Positions 10,698-20,174 of a stretch of DNA of 64,000 nt are shown here, in pieces. Source of the stretch: an uncultured Pseudomonadota bacterium (GTDB lineage Bacteria > Myxococcota_A > Polyangia > Fen-1088); contig CAWKBC010000027.1 in the NCBI GenBank assembly GCA_963847705.1, forward strand, positions 832,001 through 896,000, read 5' to 3'. The stretch's first letter is position 1; each line of letters opens with the position of its first letter. The position numbers and the translations under genes were made by a program. The notes beneath the pieces were generated by a model. That model was not told the DNA's origin. It ran no database searches and was given only the letters and a program-made list of their open reading frames with translations.

Positions 10698-11942
10698 CTA
10701 GAGCGAGATGCCCGGCGCCGGGAACTTGCTGGTCAGCTCCAGGACCTCCGACAGCACCTTCGCCGCCGTGGCGTCGGTCGGGTCGCTGACGACCCGATCG
10801 ATCCACAGCGCGATCTGGCGCATCTCGGTCTCGCCCATTCCGCGGCTGGCCACCGACGGCGAGCCGAGCCGGATCCCCGAAGGATCGAACGGCTTGCGCG
10901 TGTCGTAGGGGACGGCGTTGTAGTTCAGCTCGATGCCCGCCTTGTCGAGCGCCTTGGCGGCGATCTTGCCCGACACGTTCTTGTTGGTCAGGTCGATCAA
11001 CATCAGGTGGTTGTCCGTTCCGCCCGACACGACGTCGAACCCTTTGGACATCAGCGTCTCGGCCATCACCTTGGCGTCGGCCACCACGCGCTTGGCGTAG
11101 GTCTTGAAGTCCGGCTGCGCGGCCTCTTTGAGCGCGACCGCCAGCGCCGCCGTGTTGTGCACGTGCGGCCCGCCTTGAATGCCGGGGAAGACCGCCTTGT
11201 CGATCGCCTGGGCGTACTCGGCGCGGCAGAGGATCATGCCGCCGCGCGGGCCGCGCAGCGTCTTGTGCGTCGTGGTGGTGACGACGTCCGCGTGGGGGAT
11301 GGGGGAGGGGTGCACGCCGCCGGCGATGAGGCCGGCGATGTGGGCGATGTCGGCGCAGAACTTGGCCCCCACCTCGCGCGCGATCGAGCCCATGATCTCG
11401 AAGTCCCAGAAGCGCGAGTAGGCCGAGCCGCCGGCCCAGAGGAGGGCAGGGCGCTCTCTTTTGGCCAGATCCCGGATCTCGTCGTAGTCGAGCAGGCCCG
11501 TGTCCTTGCGGATCCCGTAGGGAACCGACGTAAAGTACTTGCCGCTGATCGAAACGCTCCAGCCGTGGGTCAGGTGCCCGCCCATCGGCAGCGCCAGCCC
11601 CATCACCTTGTCGCCCGGCTTGAGGAAGGCCAGATAGACGGCCAGGTTCGCGGGCGAGCCCGAATAGGGCTGGACGTTGGCGTGCGCGGCGCCGAAGAGC
11701 GCCTTGGCGCGATCGATGGCCAGCGTCTCCAGGGGGTCGACGAACTCCTGCCCCTCGTAGTAGCGCTTGCCCGGGTATCCCTCACTATACTTGTTGGTGA
11801 AGACGGAGCTCGACGCCTCGAGGACCGCCTTCGAGACGTAGTTCTCCGACGGGATCAGGCGGATCTTCGCGGCCTGGCGCCGTTCTTCGGCACGACAGAG
11901 CTCGAAAACCTCGGGATCACTCGCGGAAAGTGCTTCCATCAT
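10698..11942 (-). CDS. glyA: Serine hydroxymethyltransferase
   Basis: 'LIPSENY', 'NKYSEGYPGKRYY', 'GGHLTHG', 'TTTTHKTLRGPRGG'. Confidence 0.98.
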   Translation of the reverse strand: MMEALSASDPEVFELCRAEERRQAAKIRLIPSENYVSKAVLEASSSVFTNKYSEGYPGKRYYEGQEFVDPLETLAIDRAKALFGAAHANVQPYSGSPANLAVYLAFLKPGDKVMGLALPMGGHLTHGWSVSISGKYFTSVPYGIRKDTGLLDYDEIRDLAKRERPALLWAGGSAYSRFWDFEIMGSIAREVGAKFCADIAHIAGLIAGGVHPSPIPHADVVTTTTHKTLRGPRGGMILCRAEYAQAIDKAVFPGIQGGPHVHNTAALAVALKEAAQPDFKTYAKRVVADAKVMAETLMSKGFDVVSGGTDNHLMLIDLTNKNVSGKIAAKALDKAGIELNYNAVPYDTRKPFDPSGIRLGSPSVASRGMGETEMRQIALWIDRVVSDPTDATAAKVLSEVLELTSKFPAPGISL

Positions 11943-11950
11943 GGCAGCGG

Positions 11951-11980
11951 AAGCTAGTCTCCCCTTGGGTCGTTCGTCAA
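11951..11980 (-). promoter_or_regulatory. Sigma70-type promoter of glyA
   Basis: TTGACG-18 bp-TAGCTT, ending 8 nt before the ATG; no Shine-Dalgarno. Confidence 0.6.
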
Positions 11981-12062
11981 TGGCTCTTCCCCGGTTCGTA
12001 GTTAGATGTAGGTGAATCTGGTATTTCGACCAGAAATGCGGCATTTAATGGTCCAGTTGCAC

Positions 12063-13187
12063 ATGCAAAAGCTCCGCGGTGCGTTGATCGGCTACGGATT
12101 CATCATGGAGAAGGGGCACGCGGCTGGCTATCAGCAGCGTGGTGACGTGGAGATCGTGGCGATCGCCGACATCTCCCCCACCCAGCGGGCCGTGGCCCAG
12201 GCCGCCTGGCCGAACGCGCGTCTCTATGGTGACGCGCGCGCGCTGCTGGCGGCCGAGGCCGACGAGATCGACTTCGTCGACATCGCCACCCCGCCCAGCG
12301 ACCACGCGGAGATCGCCCTCGAGGCGCTGTCGCTCGGGCTCCATGTCCTGTGCGAAAAGCCGCTGGCCGCGACGATCGACGAGGCGCGGTCGATGCTCCG
12401 CCAGGCGGTGAAGTCGGAGCGGGTCATCTTCCCCTGCCACAACTACAAGCACGCCCCGGTGATCAAGACGGTGCGCGGCATCCTCAAGACCGGCCGCATC
12501 GGCAAGGTCCACCTGGTGACGTTGCAAACCTTCCGCAACACGCACGCCAAGGGGGTCACCGGCTGGCGCACCGACTGGCGGCGCGAGCGCCGCTTCTCGG
12601 GCGGCGGCATCGCCATGGACCACGGCAGCCACACCTTCTATCTGGCGTTCGAGTGGCTGGGGTCGTACCCGACCGGCATCACCGCGCGGGCGGCCACTCT
12701 CGGTCCGTTCGACACCGAAGACGACTTCGCCTGCAGCCTGCGCTTCCCGACCGGCACCGCCTCGGCGCACCTGTCGTGGAACGCCGGGGTGCGCAAGGTG
12801 CTCTACACGCTGCACGGCGAGCACGGCGCCATCCGCGTGGAGGACGACGACGTCGAGCTGGCGGTGCAAGAACGTGGCGTGGGCGGCGCGAGTGGCGCCG
12901 GACCCACGACCTGGACCTTCGAGCGGCAGGCGATCTCGTCCGACTGGATGGACTCCAGTCATGTCACCTGGTTCAACTCGCTGTTCGACGACTTCAAGGC
13001 GGCGATCGCCAAGCGTGAGTTCGTGGGCCGCGAGGCGGAGGAGGCCTTCCTCTGCGTGCAGCTCATCTCGACCGCCTACGCCTCGGCCCGCGACGGCAGC
13101 CGCGAGCTTCCGCTCTCCGGCCTGGCCGCGCTGGCCGGCGACGACGTTTCGGACCGGATTTTGCGAAAGGACGGCGGGCGTGTCTGA
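12063..13187 (+). CDS. Gfo/Idh/MocA family NAD(P)-dependent oxidoreductase
   Basis: 'ALIGYGFI', 'IATPPSDH', 'HVLCEKPLA', 'GGGIAMDHGSH'. Confidence 0.93.
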   Translation: MQKLRGALIGYGFIMEKGHAAGYQQRGDVEIVAIADISPTQRAVAQAAWPNARLYGDARALLAAEADEIDFVDIATPPSDHAEIALEALSLGLHVLCEKPLAATIDEARSMLRQAVKSERVIFPCHNYKHAPVIKTVRGILKTGRIGKVHLVTLQTFRNTHAKGVTGWRTDWRRERRFSGGGIAMDHGSHTFYLAFEWLGSYPTGITARAATLGPFDTEDDFACSLRFPTGTASAHLSWNAGVRKVLYTLHGEHGAIRVEDDDVELAVQERGVGGASGAGPTTWTFERQAISSDWMDSSHVTWFNSLFDDFKAAIAKREFVGREAEEAFLCVQLISTAYASARDGSRELPLSGLAALAGDDVSDRILRKDGGRV

Positions 13188-14025
13188 CCTCTACATCGCG
13201 ATCGCCGTGACGAGCTTCTTCGTCGCGGCTCTCCTCGTCTACTTGATCCGCTCGGCCCTGGTCGGCCGGGTCCGCCATGCGCGCACCGAGGCCGACGGCG
13301 GCAGCGTGTTCGTCAACAAGACGACGATGGAGATGGTCTACTGGCTCATCGATCCGATGATCTCCTTCATCGCCGCCCTGCGGATCACGCCCAACATGGT
13401 CACCCTGGGCTCACTGATCCCGGCCGCGGGGGCGGGCGTGGCCATCGGGTGTGGCTGGTTCGGTCTGGGGGCGACGCTGGCTGTTCTGGCGGCCTTCGGT
13501 GACATCATCGACGGCCTGCTGGCCCGCAAGATGGGCCTCTCATCGGACGCAGGCGAGCTGGTCGATGCGGCAGTCGATCGCTACGGAGAGATGTTCTTCT
13601 TCGGAGGCCTCGTCTACTACTACCGCGATCACGATCAGGTCCTGTTCATCGTCCTGGCCGCCATCATCGGGTCCTTCATGGTCAGCTATACGACCGCCAA
13701 GGCCGAGGCGATGGGCGTCCCGGCCCCGCGCGGCGCCATGCGCCGGGGCGAGCGCGGCGCTTACCTGATGACCGGCGCGGCCTTCACGCCGCTGGCGAGC
13801 GCGTTGTTTGCGCGTTCGCCGTCGCTGGCTTTGCGCGAGATGCCAATCCTGCTGGCGCTGTCGATCGTGGCGGTGGTGGCGAACATCTCGGTCGTGCAGC
13901 GGCTGCTGGCCATCGCCACGCTGCTCCGCGAGCGCGACGCGGCGGCCAAGAGCAAGGCGTCAGCGGCGGCGTTCGACGACGAGGCCATGGCCACGAAGCC
14001 CGACGTCCCCGTCGGGATGGTTTAG
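13180..14025 (+). CDS. CDP-alcohol phosphatidyltransferase, PIP-synthase-like
   Basis: 'TPNMVT', signature 'DIIDGLLAR...GELVDAAVDR', plus 'VSYTTAKAEAMG...GAMRRGER' resembling the inositol-phosphate-accepting subfamily. Confidence 0.9.
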   Translation: MSDLYIAIAVTSFFVAALLVYLIRSALVGRVRHARTEADGGSVFVNKTTMEMVYWLIDPMISFIAALRITPNMVTLGSLIPAAGAGVAIGCGWFGLGATLAVLAAFGDIIDGLLARKMGLSSDAGELVDAAVDRYGEMFFFGGLVYYYRDHDQVLFIVLAAIIGSFMVSYTTAKAEAMGVPAPRGAMRRGERGAYLMTGAAFTPLASALFARSPSLALREMPILLALSIVAVVANISVVQRLLAIATLLRERDAAAKSKASAAAFDDEAMATKPDVPVGMV

Positions 14026-14032
14026 AGCCGGC

Positions 14033-14476
14033 TTGACGGATCGACCGCCAGACCGCTCGGCGGAGGGCGCGCCGAAGGGGTTCTGGCAATGGATGCGCCA
14101 CCACGCGGCGGCGATCGCCGCCACCGGCGCCGACTACCTGGTGATGATCTCCTGCGTGGAGCTCCTGCACCTCAGCCCCGTGGCGGCCACGCCGCTGGGA
14201 GCGCTGTCAGGCGCGGTCACCAACTTCACGCTGGGGCGGCGGTTCACTTACAAGAAGACCGACGTCCCGGTCCCCAGCCAGGCCTGGCGTTACGCGCTCG
14301 TGTCGGGCGCCAGCCTGGGACTGAACACGGCCGGTGAGTATCTCTTCCAGCACGTCCTTCACATCGAGTATCTCTTGGCCCGCGTCATCAGCTCCGTGAT
14401 CGTGAGCAACGTCTGGAACTACCCGATGCAGCGATATTTCGTATTCTCAGCGCCACCAGCGGTCAAGAACGCCTGA
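14033..14476 (+). CDS. GtrA family membrane protein (putative flippase); start uncertain
   Basis: Four TM helices; 'ATGADY', 'NFTLGRRFTY', 'RYALVS', 'WNYPMQRYFVF'. Confidence 0.85.
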   Translation: MTDRPPDRSAEGAPKGFWQWMRHHAAAIAATGADYLVMISCVELLHLSPVAATPLGALSGAVTNFTLGRRFTYKKTDVPVPSQAWRYALVSGASLGLNTAGEYLFQHVLHIEYLLARVISSVIVSNVWNYPMQRYFVFSAPPAVKNA

Positions 14477-14498
14477 GCGTCCGCCCCCCTCGCCCCCC

Positions 14499-15863
14499 AT
14501 GAACCAGAGCCAGCCCAAGAACCAGAAGGCCTCCATCGTCACCGCCGTCCCCGGACCGGAGAGCCAAGCGCTCCGTGCTCGAGAAGACCTCCACGCCGCG
14601 CCCGGCCTGCAGGGCTACGCCCTCATGGCGGGGATCGTCGTCGAGGAGGGGCGCGGAAGCGCGGTCACCGACGTCGACGGGAACACCTACCTCGACTTCA
14701 TCGGCGGCATCAACGTGAACGCGCTCGGGCACAGCCACCCGACGCTGGTGCAGGCGGTGCAGGAGCAGGCGGCCAAGGTGTCGGTCGGCTCGTTCACCTC
14801 GCGCGCGCGTGTCGAGCTCGGCGAGCGGCTGGCGGCCAAGCCGCCGGCGCCGGGCGTGCACCGGCTGCAGCTCTATTCGGGCGGCGCGGAGGCGGTCGAG
14901 AGCGCGCTCCGCCTGGCCAAGTGCCACACCGGCAAGTACGAGATGGTCAGCTTCTGGGGCGGCTTCCACGGCAAGACCATGGGGGCGCTCTCGCTGATGG
15001 GATCGACCTTCAAGGACAAGCTCGGCCCGATGGTGCCGGGGTCCCATCAGATCCCCTACGCCGACTGCTACCGCTGCCCGGTCGGCCTTTCGTACCCGAG
15101 CTGCGGCGTCGCCTGCGCCGAGATCGGACGCAAGCAGGTCAAGACCGCCGGCGCCGGCGAGATCGCGGCGGTGATCGTGGAGCCGATGCAGGGGACGGCC
15201 GGCAACGTCATCCCGCCGAAGGAGTTCCTGCCGGCGGTGCGCGCGCTGGCCGACGAGGTCGGCGCGCTGCTCATCGCCGACGAGATGATCACCGGACTCG
15301 GGCGCACCGGGAAGCGCTGGGGGCTGGACCACACCGGCGTGCGGCCGGACGTGGTGACGATCGGCAAGGCCTTCGGCGGCGGGTTCCCGCTCTCCGGGCT
15401 GCTCACCACCGACGAGATCGCCCAGGCCAAGCCCTGGGGGAATCCGTCCGGCTCGTCGTCCAGCTATGGCGGCAACCCGCTGGGGGCGGCCGCCGGCGCC
15501 GCCGCGCTCAAGATCATCGACGAGGAAGAGCTGACGGAGAATTCGCGCGTCGTGGGCGCCGCGCTCAAGCGCGAGCTCGAAGCCTTCGTCGATCGCTACC
15601 CGTTCGTCGGCTTCGTCGACGGGGAGGGGCTCCTCATCCGGATGGAGCTGGTCAAGGACAAGAAGACCAAGGAGCCACTGCCGCGCCGGGTGACCGAGCG
15701 GATCTTCACCGAGGCGGTCAAGCGGGGGCTGCTCACCATGGCCTACTCGGCCAGCTTCCGGATCCAGCCGGCGCTCACCATCGACGAGGCGACGGCCAGG
15801 AACGGCGTCGCCATCCTGCGCGAGGTGTTCGACCTCGTCGAGCGCGAACGGCTCTGGCAGTGA
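14499..15863 (+). CDS. Class III PLP aminotransferase
   Basis: 'DVDGNTYLDF', 'SGGAEAVE', 'GGFHGKT', 'ADEMITGLGRTG', catalytic Lys in 'IGKAFGGG'. Confidence 0.93.
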   Translation: MNQSQPKNQKASIVTAVPGPESQALRAREDLHAAPGLQGYALMAGIVVEEGRGSAVTDVDGNTYLDFIGGINVNALGHSHPTLVQAVQEQAAKVSVGSFTSRARVELGERLAAKPPAPGVHRLQLYSGGAEAVESALRLAKCHTGKYEMVSFWGGFHGKTMGALSLMGSTFKDKLGPMVPGSHQIPYADCYRCPVGLSYPSCGVACAEIGRKQVKTAGAGEIAAVIVEPMQGTAGNVIPPKEFLPAVRALADEVGALLIADEMITGLGRTGKRWGLDHTGVRPDVVTIGKAFGGGFPLSGLLTTDEIAQAKPWGNPSGSSSSYGGNPLGAAAGAAALKIIDEEELTENSRVVGAALKRELEAFVDRYPFVGFVDGEGLLIRMELVKDKKTKEPLPRRVTERIFTEAVKRGLLTMAYSASFRIQPALTIDEATARNGVAILREVFDLVERERLWQ

Positions 15864-16429
15864 AGCGGGCGCCCCCGCCGAACGCCGATCGCGTGGACGG
15901 AGCCGCGCTCGTCCCGGCGGGGTCCGTCGCGGGGGGGCTGGGGGACCCTCCCAGGGTCCCCCAATTGAAAGGTTGGCGCGACACCACCGCGCACGTCATC
16001 TCGGTCTGGTTCGGCTGCGGCCACGTGCCCTACATGCCGGGGCACGCGGGGACCATCGGCGCGATCCCGCTCTACCTGCTGGTGCGCCCGCATGGCCCCT
16101 GGGCAGTCGCCGCGGCGGCGCTGGTGGTCACGCTGGTCGGCATCTGGTCCTCTGGCATCGTCGAGCGCCGGCTCGGGTACAAGGATCCGCAGATCGTCTG
16201 CGTCGACGAGGTGGCCGGCGTGCTCGTGACCTGGATCGCCGCGCCGCCGACCTGGCGCGCGCTCATCGTCGGTGGGCTGGCGTTTCGTCTCTTCGATCAG
16301 ATCAAGCCCTGGCCGGCCCGCGCGGCGGAGCGCCTGGGCGGCGGCGCCGGCGTGATGCTCGACGACGTGGCCGCCGGCGTCTGGGGCGCCGCGCTGGTCC
16401 TCGCCGGCCGCGCCCTCGGCTGGCTCTAG
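15860..16429 (+). CDS. pgpA: Phosphatidylglycerophosphatase A family (alternative start TTG 15965)
   Basis: 'WFGCGHVPYMPGHAGT', 'KDPQIVCVDEVAG', 'FRLFDQIKPWP', 'GVMLDDVAAG'. Confidence 0.9.
   Translation: MKRAPPPNADRVDGAALVPAGSVAGGLGDPPRVPQLKGWRDTTAHVISVWFGCGHVPYMPGHAGTIGAIPLYLLVRPHGPWAVAAAALVVTLVGIWSSGIVERRLGYKDPQIVCVDEVAGVLVTWIAAPPTWRALIVGGLAFRLFDQIKPWPARAAERLGGGAGVMLDDVAAGVWGAALVLAGRALGWL
15888..15962 (+). repeat. Two-hairpin interspersed repeat, copy A
   Basis: ATCGCGTGGAC...GTCCGTCGCG GGGGGG CT GGGGGACCCT CCC AGGGTCCCCC. Confidence 0.9.
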
Positions 16430-17349
16430 CGCAAAGGCTCCGCGCCTCCAGTTTCCCCGGAGGCTACCCCAACGACCGCCCCACGGCCGGCGGGTCGGCG
16501 CTCCCGGCGCGACAGCACCAGGGCGACGCCGCCGAGCACGGCCATTCCGGACAGCAGCAAGCGGGGGGAGACCTGCTCGTGCAGCAACACCACGGCGCCG
16601 GCGGCCGCGATCACCGGAACGCTCAGCTGGACGATCCCCGCCTGCATCGCGGTCAGCCCGCGCAGAGCCCGGTACCAGACGGCATAGCCGAGCCCCGAGG
16701 TGACGGTCCCCGAGAGCGCCCCCAGTCCGGCCCCACGGGCGCTGAGGTGGAGCGCGCCCGTCTGAGTTGCGGCGACGACCAGCACCAGCGGTGTTGCCCA
16801 AAGAAAGCTGCGCGCGTTGGCCGCCAGCGGCCCCAGCGGATCGGTGGCGCGCTTCCCGGCCAGCGAGTAGACGCCCCAGGCGACACCGGCGGCCGCCATC
16901 AGCGCCGTTCCGACCGGATCGGGGCGGGTCGCCGCCGGCAGCACCAGCCAGGCAAGGCCGCCCGCTGCCAGGGCCAAGCCGGTCCAGACGCGGAGGGTGG
17001 GGCGCTCGCCGCGCGCCAGCCCCCACCCGATCATGGTGAGCTGCACACAACCGAACAGGACCAAGGCGCCGGCTGCGGCGCCGATGCGCAGGTAGGCGAA
17101 CGAAAAGGGGACCGCGTAGCCGAACAGGGCCAGCGGCCCGACGATGCCGGGCCCGCGCAGCGGCCGCCAGCCCCCCGCGCGGACCCGCACCAGGAGGGCC
17201 AGGATGGCCGCACCGCTGCCGAGGCGGATGGCCGTGTAGCTGGTGGCGTCGATCAGATGGCCGGCCAGGGCCATCCGGTTGAGCAGCGAGTTCGCCGCGA
17301 ACGCCACGAGCGCGAGCAGCGTGAGCAGGATCGTCTCGGGGGCCCCCAC
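16426..17349 (-). CDS. DMT/EamA family transporter
   Basis: About 10 TM helices; 'FAANSLLNR', 'FSFAY', 'SGLGYAVWY', 'QLSVPV'; GTG 6 nt after TACCCT. Confidence 0.9.
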   Translation of the reverse strand: MGAPETILLTLLALVAFAANSLLNRMALAGHLIDATSYTAIRLGSGAAILALLVRVRAGGWRPLRGPGIVGPLALFGYAVPFSFAYLRIGAAAGALVLFGCVQLTMIGWGLARGERPTLRVWTGLALAAGGLAWLVLPAATRPDPVGTALMAAAGVAWGVYSLAGKRATDPLGPLAANARSFLWATPLVLVVAATQTGALHLSARGAGLGALSGTVTSGLGYAVWYRALRGLTAMQAGIVQLSVPVIAAAGAVVLLHEQVSPRLLLSGMAVLGGVALVLSRRERRPAGRGAVVGVASGETGGAEPLR

Positions 17350-17394
17350 AGCCGCAGGGTACAACGCCCGGGTGCTCGCCGGTCGCGCACCCGG

Positions 17395-20004
17395 CTAGGA
17401 GCCGAGCTCGACGCGCGGCGGCCCGGGGGTCTCGTCGCCGTTTCCGTTTCCGTTGGCGCCCACCGTGGTGGCGCTGTCCCAGGGGATCTCGGGGAGCTTG
17501 GGGCTGGAGCGGGGGCGGACCAGCATCAGCACCGCCGGAAGCACGATGACCGCGGTGGTCAGACAACAGAGCTCGCCGAACACCGCCAGGAGCCCGAACA
17601 GAAACAGGCCGACGTTCTGGGCCACCAGCAGCGACGAGTAGCCGATCACGGTGGTCAACGAACAGAGGCCGACCGCGCCGCCGGTGCCACGCACGGCGGC
17701 CACCACGTCGCGGCCGCCGTCGCGCAGATAGCGCGCCATCACGTTGACCGCGTAGTCGACGCCGATGCCGAAGGTGATGGGGAAGGCGATGAAGTTGACG
17801 AAGTTGATCTTGATCCCCAGCTTCATGGTGATCGCCAGCAGCCAGAGGACGCCGACCATCAGCGAGCCGATGACGAACGGCGTGGCCAGGCTCTTCCTGA
17901 AAATCAGGAGCACCGTGGCGACCACGCCCAGGAACGCCAGCAGCGACGCCAGCGGGCCGTCGCGCACCATCGACGAGATGATGTCGAACGACAGCGCCGG
18001 CCCGCCCGCCACGCGCCCCGGCCGCCCGCCCAGCGCGACCGGAGCCTGCGCCGCGGCGCGCAGCTCGCGGACGAAGGTGGCGATCGTCTCGCCCCGCCAC
18101 CAGCTCTCGGCCGGATTGGGATAGACCAGCACCGCCCGTCCGACCGATCCGTCCCGCTCGCGCAACCCGCGCGTGATGACGTCGGGGACCTCGTCGGGAC
18201 GAATGGGCGCGGGGTTCGGCGGCGCATCCTCCGGGCCGATCAGTCGGTCGAGCTTCTTCCGATCGGTGTCCGTCATGTTGGAGCGGACGTGAGGCGTCAT
18301 CTTGCGGCGGATGACGGCCAGCTCCACCTGCTTCTCCGGTTCGTCGGGCGGCACGACGTCGTCGTAGGTCCGGATCGAAGCGATCATCGAAGCGAGCGGC
18401 GGGTGCGAGGCCTGGTCGCGCAGCCGTGCCGTCACCGCCCGCGCCTCCGCCTCCGAGTCGGTCAGGATCACCGTCGGCGTCAGGTAGCGGCCGAGCAGGG
18501 TGTCCATCCGCCTCCCCCAGTGTCCTTCGCCCGACTTCCAGGTGTCGCGCCGCCGCAGCCGCGAGAAGTCGAACTCCAGCTGGTCGCGCCCGAAGTGCCG
18601 CACCTCCCAGACCGCCCCCAGCGTCAAGACGAGAGCGGCACCGGCGAACACCAGCGGGCGGGCCCCGACCGCGCGGGCGATCGCTCCCACCAGCCGCCCC
18701 GAGACGCGCCGCACCCGGGGCGCGTGCTTCCCGCGGTCGAGCCAGCTCAAGAGCGGCGGCATCAGCAGCACGGTCGTCCCCCAGGCGAACGCCATCCCGA
18801 GTCCGCCAATGACCCCGAACTGCCGGAAGCCGCGGAACTGCATGGCGACCAGCGACGCGTAGGCCACGCCGGCCGCCAGCGCTGCCGACAGCGTGCCCCA
18901 GCGGGTCCCCCACAGCGCCACCACCAGCGCCTCCTCGACCGTCTTCCCCTGGCGCCGCGTCTCCAGGTAGCGGGCCAGCTGGATGATGCCGAAGTTGATC
19001 CCGTTGCCGATGATGATCGACCCCAGGAACGCCGTGTTCGAGTTGAGCTCGGTGATCCGGAACGGCGGCAGGCTGGCGAGGCCAAAGGCGTAGACCGCGG
19101 CCAGCGCCAGCGGCAGGAACAGCGCCGGGATGCTGCGCGTCCAGCCGTAGAACAGGACGATGGCCAGCAGCACGGCGACCACGACCAGGACCGAGGAGAG
19201 CGTCAGGTCCTGGACCAGCGCCGCCATCTCCTCGGCCGAGATGGCGACGTCACCTGTCAACCCGACCTGCATGCCGGGGGCGTAGGCGCCGGTCCCTCCC
19301 AGCGCCCGCATATCGGCCTCCACCTTACGGATGAGAGTCCCGGCCTGCGCGGCGCTGGTGGAGAAGCCGCCGACCTCGATCAACATCAGCGTCAGGCCGA
19401 GCTGGCGGTTGGAGAAGCGGTTCCCCTCGAGGTCCCCGCCGCCCAGCTGGCCGGCGTACTTGTGCTCGAGGTCGCTGAAGTCGAGCGCCGGGGCCGGCTC
19501 GTCGTCATCCAGCAGCGTGTCGGTCTTCTTGGCGTACTCCCAGTGAAGGCGGGCCTCGACCCGCTCCCGGATCGTCTTCAGATCGTCGAGCGCCATCAGG
19601 CTGCCGGCGTGCTTCTCGACGAAGGCCCGCTCCGCCGCGTAGCCGGTGCGCACGTCGCTGACCTCGCTCCTGGGGTAGCGGCGGACCCGCGCGGCGAGAT
19701 CCTCGAGAAACCGCTCGCCGGCCGACAGGTGGTCGGGGGCGCCGACGTCGACGATGATCCCCAGGTACTGCAGCCCGGCCATCCGACTTCGCAGCTCCTG
19801 GATGGCCACCACGCTGGGGGCGTCGCGGGGCAGGAGCTCTTCGATGTCGCTGCGCAGATGACCGTAGAGGGAGATGGTCCGCCAGACCGCCGGAATCGCG
19901 GCGCAGAGCGCGATCGCCCAGAGCAGCGCGCCATGGCGAAGCGTCCAGGCGACGAAGCGGCGGGTACGGGGCCCGGGCGCGGGTGAAAAGGAGTCGGGGG
20001 ACAC
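17395..20004 (-). CDS. MMPL/RND family lipid exporter (HpnN-like)
   Basis: Two halves, each with a TM, a periplasmic domain and 5 TMs; 'IIGNGINFGI', 'FGIGVDYAV', 'GFRQFGVIGG'. Confidence 0.9.
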   Translation of the reverse strand: MSPDSFSPAPGPRTRRFVAWTLRHGALLWAIALCAAIPAVWRTISLYGHLRSDIEELLPRDAPSVVAIQELRSRMAGLQYLGIIVDVGAPDHLSAGERFLEDLAARVRRYPRSEVSDVRTGYAAERAFVEKHAGSLMALDDLKTIRERVEARLHWEYAKKTDTLLDDDEPAPALDFSDLEHKYAGQLGGGDLEGNRFSNRQLGLTLMLIEVGGFSTSAAQAGTLIRKVEADMRALGGTGAYAPGMQVGLTGDVAISAEEMAALVQDLTLSSVLVVVAVLLAIVLFYGWTRSIPALFLPLALAAVYAFGLASLPPFRITELNSNTAFLGSIIIGNGINFGIIQLARYLETRRQGKTVEEALVVALWGTRWGTLSAALAAGVAYASLVAMQFRGFRQFGVIGGLGMAFAWGTTVLLMPPLLSWLDRGKHAPRVRRVSGRLVGAIARAVGARPLVFAGAALVLTLGAVWEVRHFGRDQLEFDFSRLRRRDTWKSGEGHWGRRMDTLLGRYLTPTVILTDSEAEARAVTARLRDQASHPPLASMIASIRTYDDVVPPDEPEKQVELAVIRRKMTPHVRSNMTDTDRKKLDRLIGPEDAPPNPAPIRPDEVPDVITRGLRERDGSVGRAVLVYPNPAESWWRGETIATFVRELRAAAQAPVALGGRPGRVAGGPALSFDIISSMVRDGPLASLLAFLGVVATVLLIFRKSLATPFVIGSLMVGVLWLLAITMKLGIKINFVNFIAFPITFGIGVDYAVNVMARYLRDGGRDVVAAVRGTGGAVGLCSLTTVIGYSSLLVAQNVGLFLFGLLAVFGELCCLTTAVIVLPAVLMLVRPRSSPKLPEIPWDSATTVGANGNGNGDETPGPPRVELGS

Positions 20005-20174
20005 GTTGGGGCGGCGCTCGCCGCGGCCATGATACAGAAGAGCCGACCCAAACGCCCGTAAGCACAGGCGTGAACGGGCGTGCGGGACCGCACCCCGGGC
20101 CCCCTGGCGCCAGGCGGGGCCATCGGTTTCGGCGCCAGGGATCTCAGAAGATCCCCGTCCAAAAACGTCATGGT

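Noticed and set aside
11943-12062. ZTP or glycine riboswitch upstream of glyA
   Set aside because: The predicted promoter ends 8 nt before the start codon, leaving no room for a leader.
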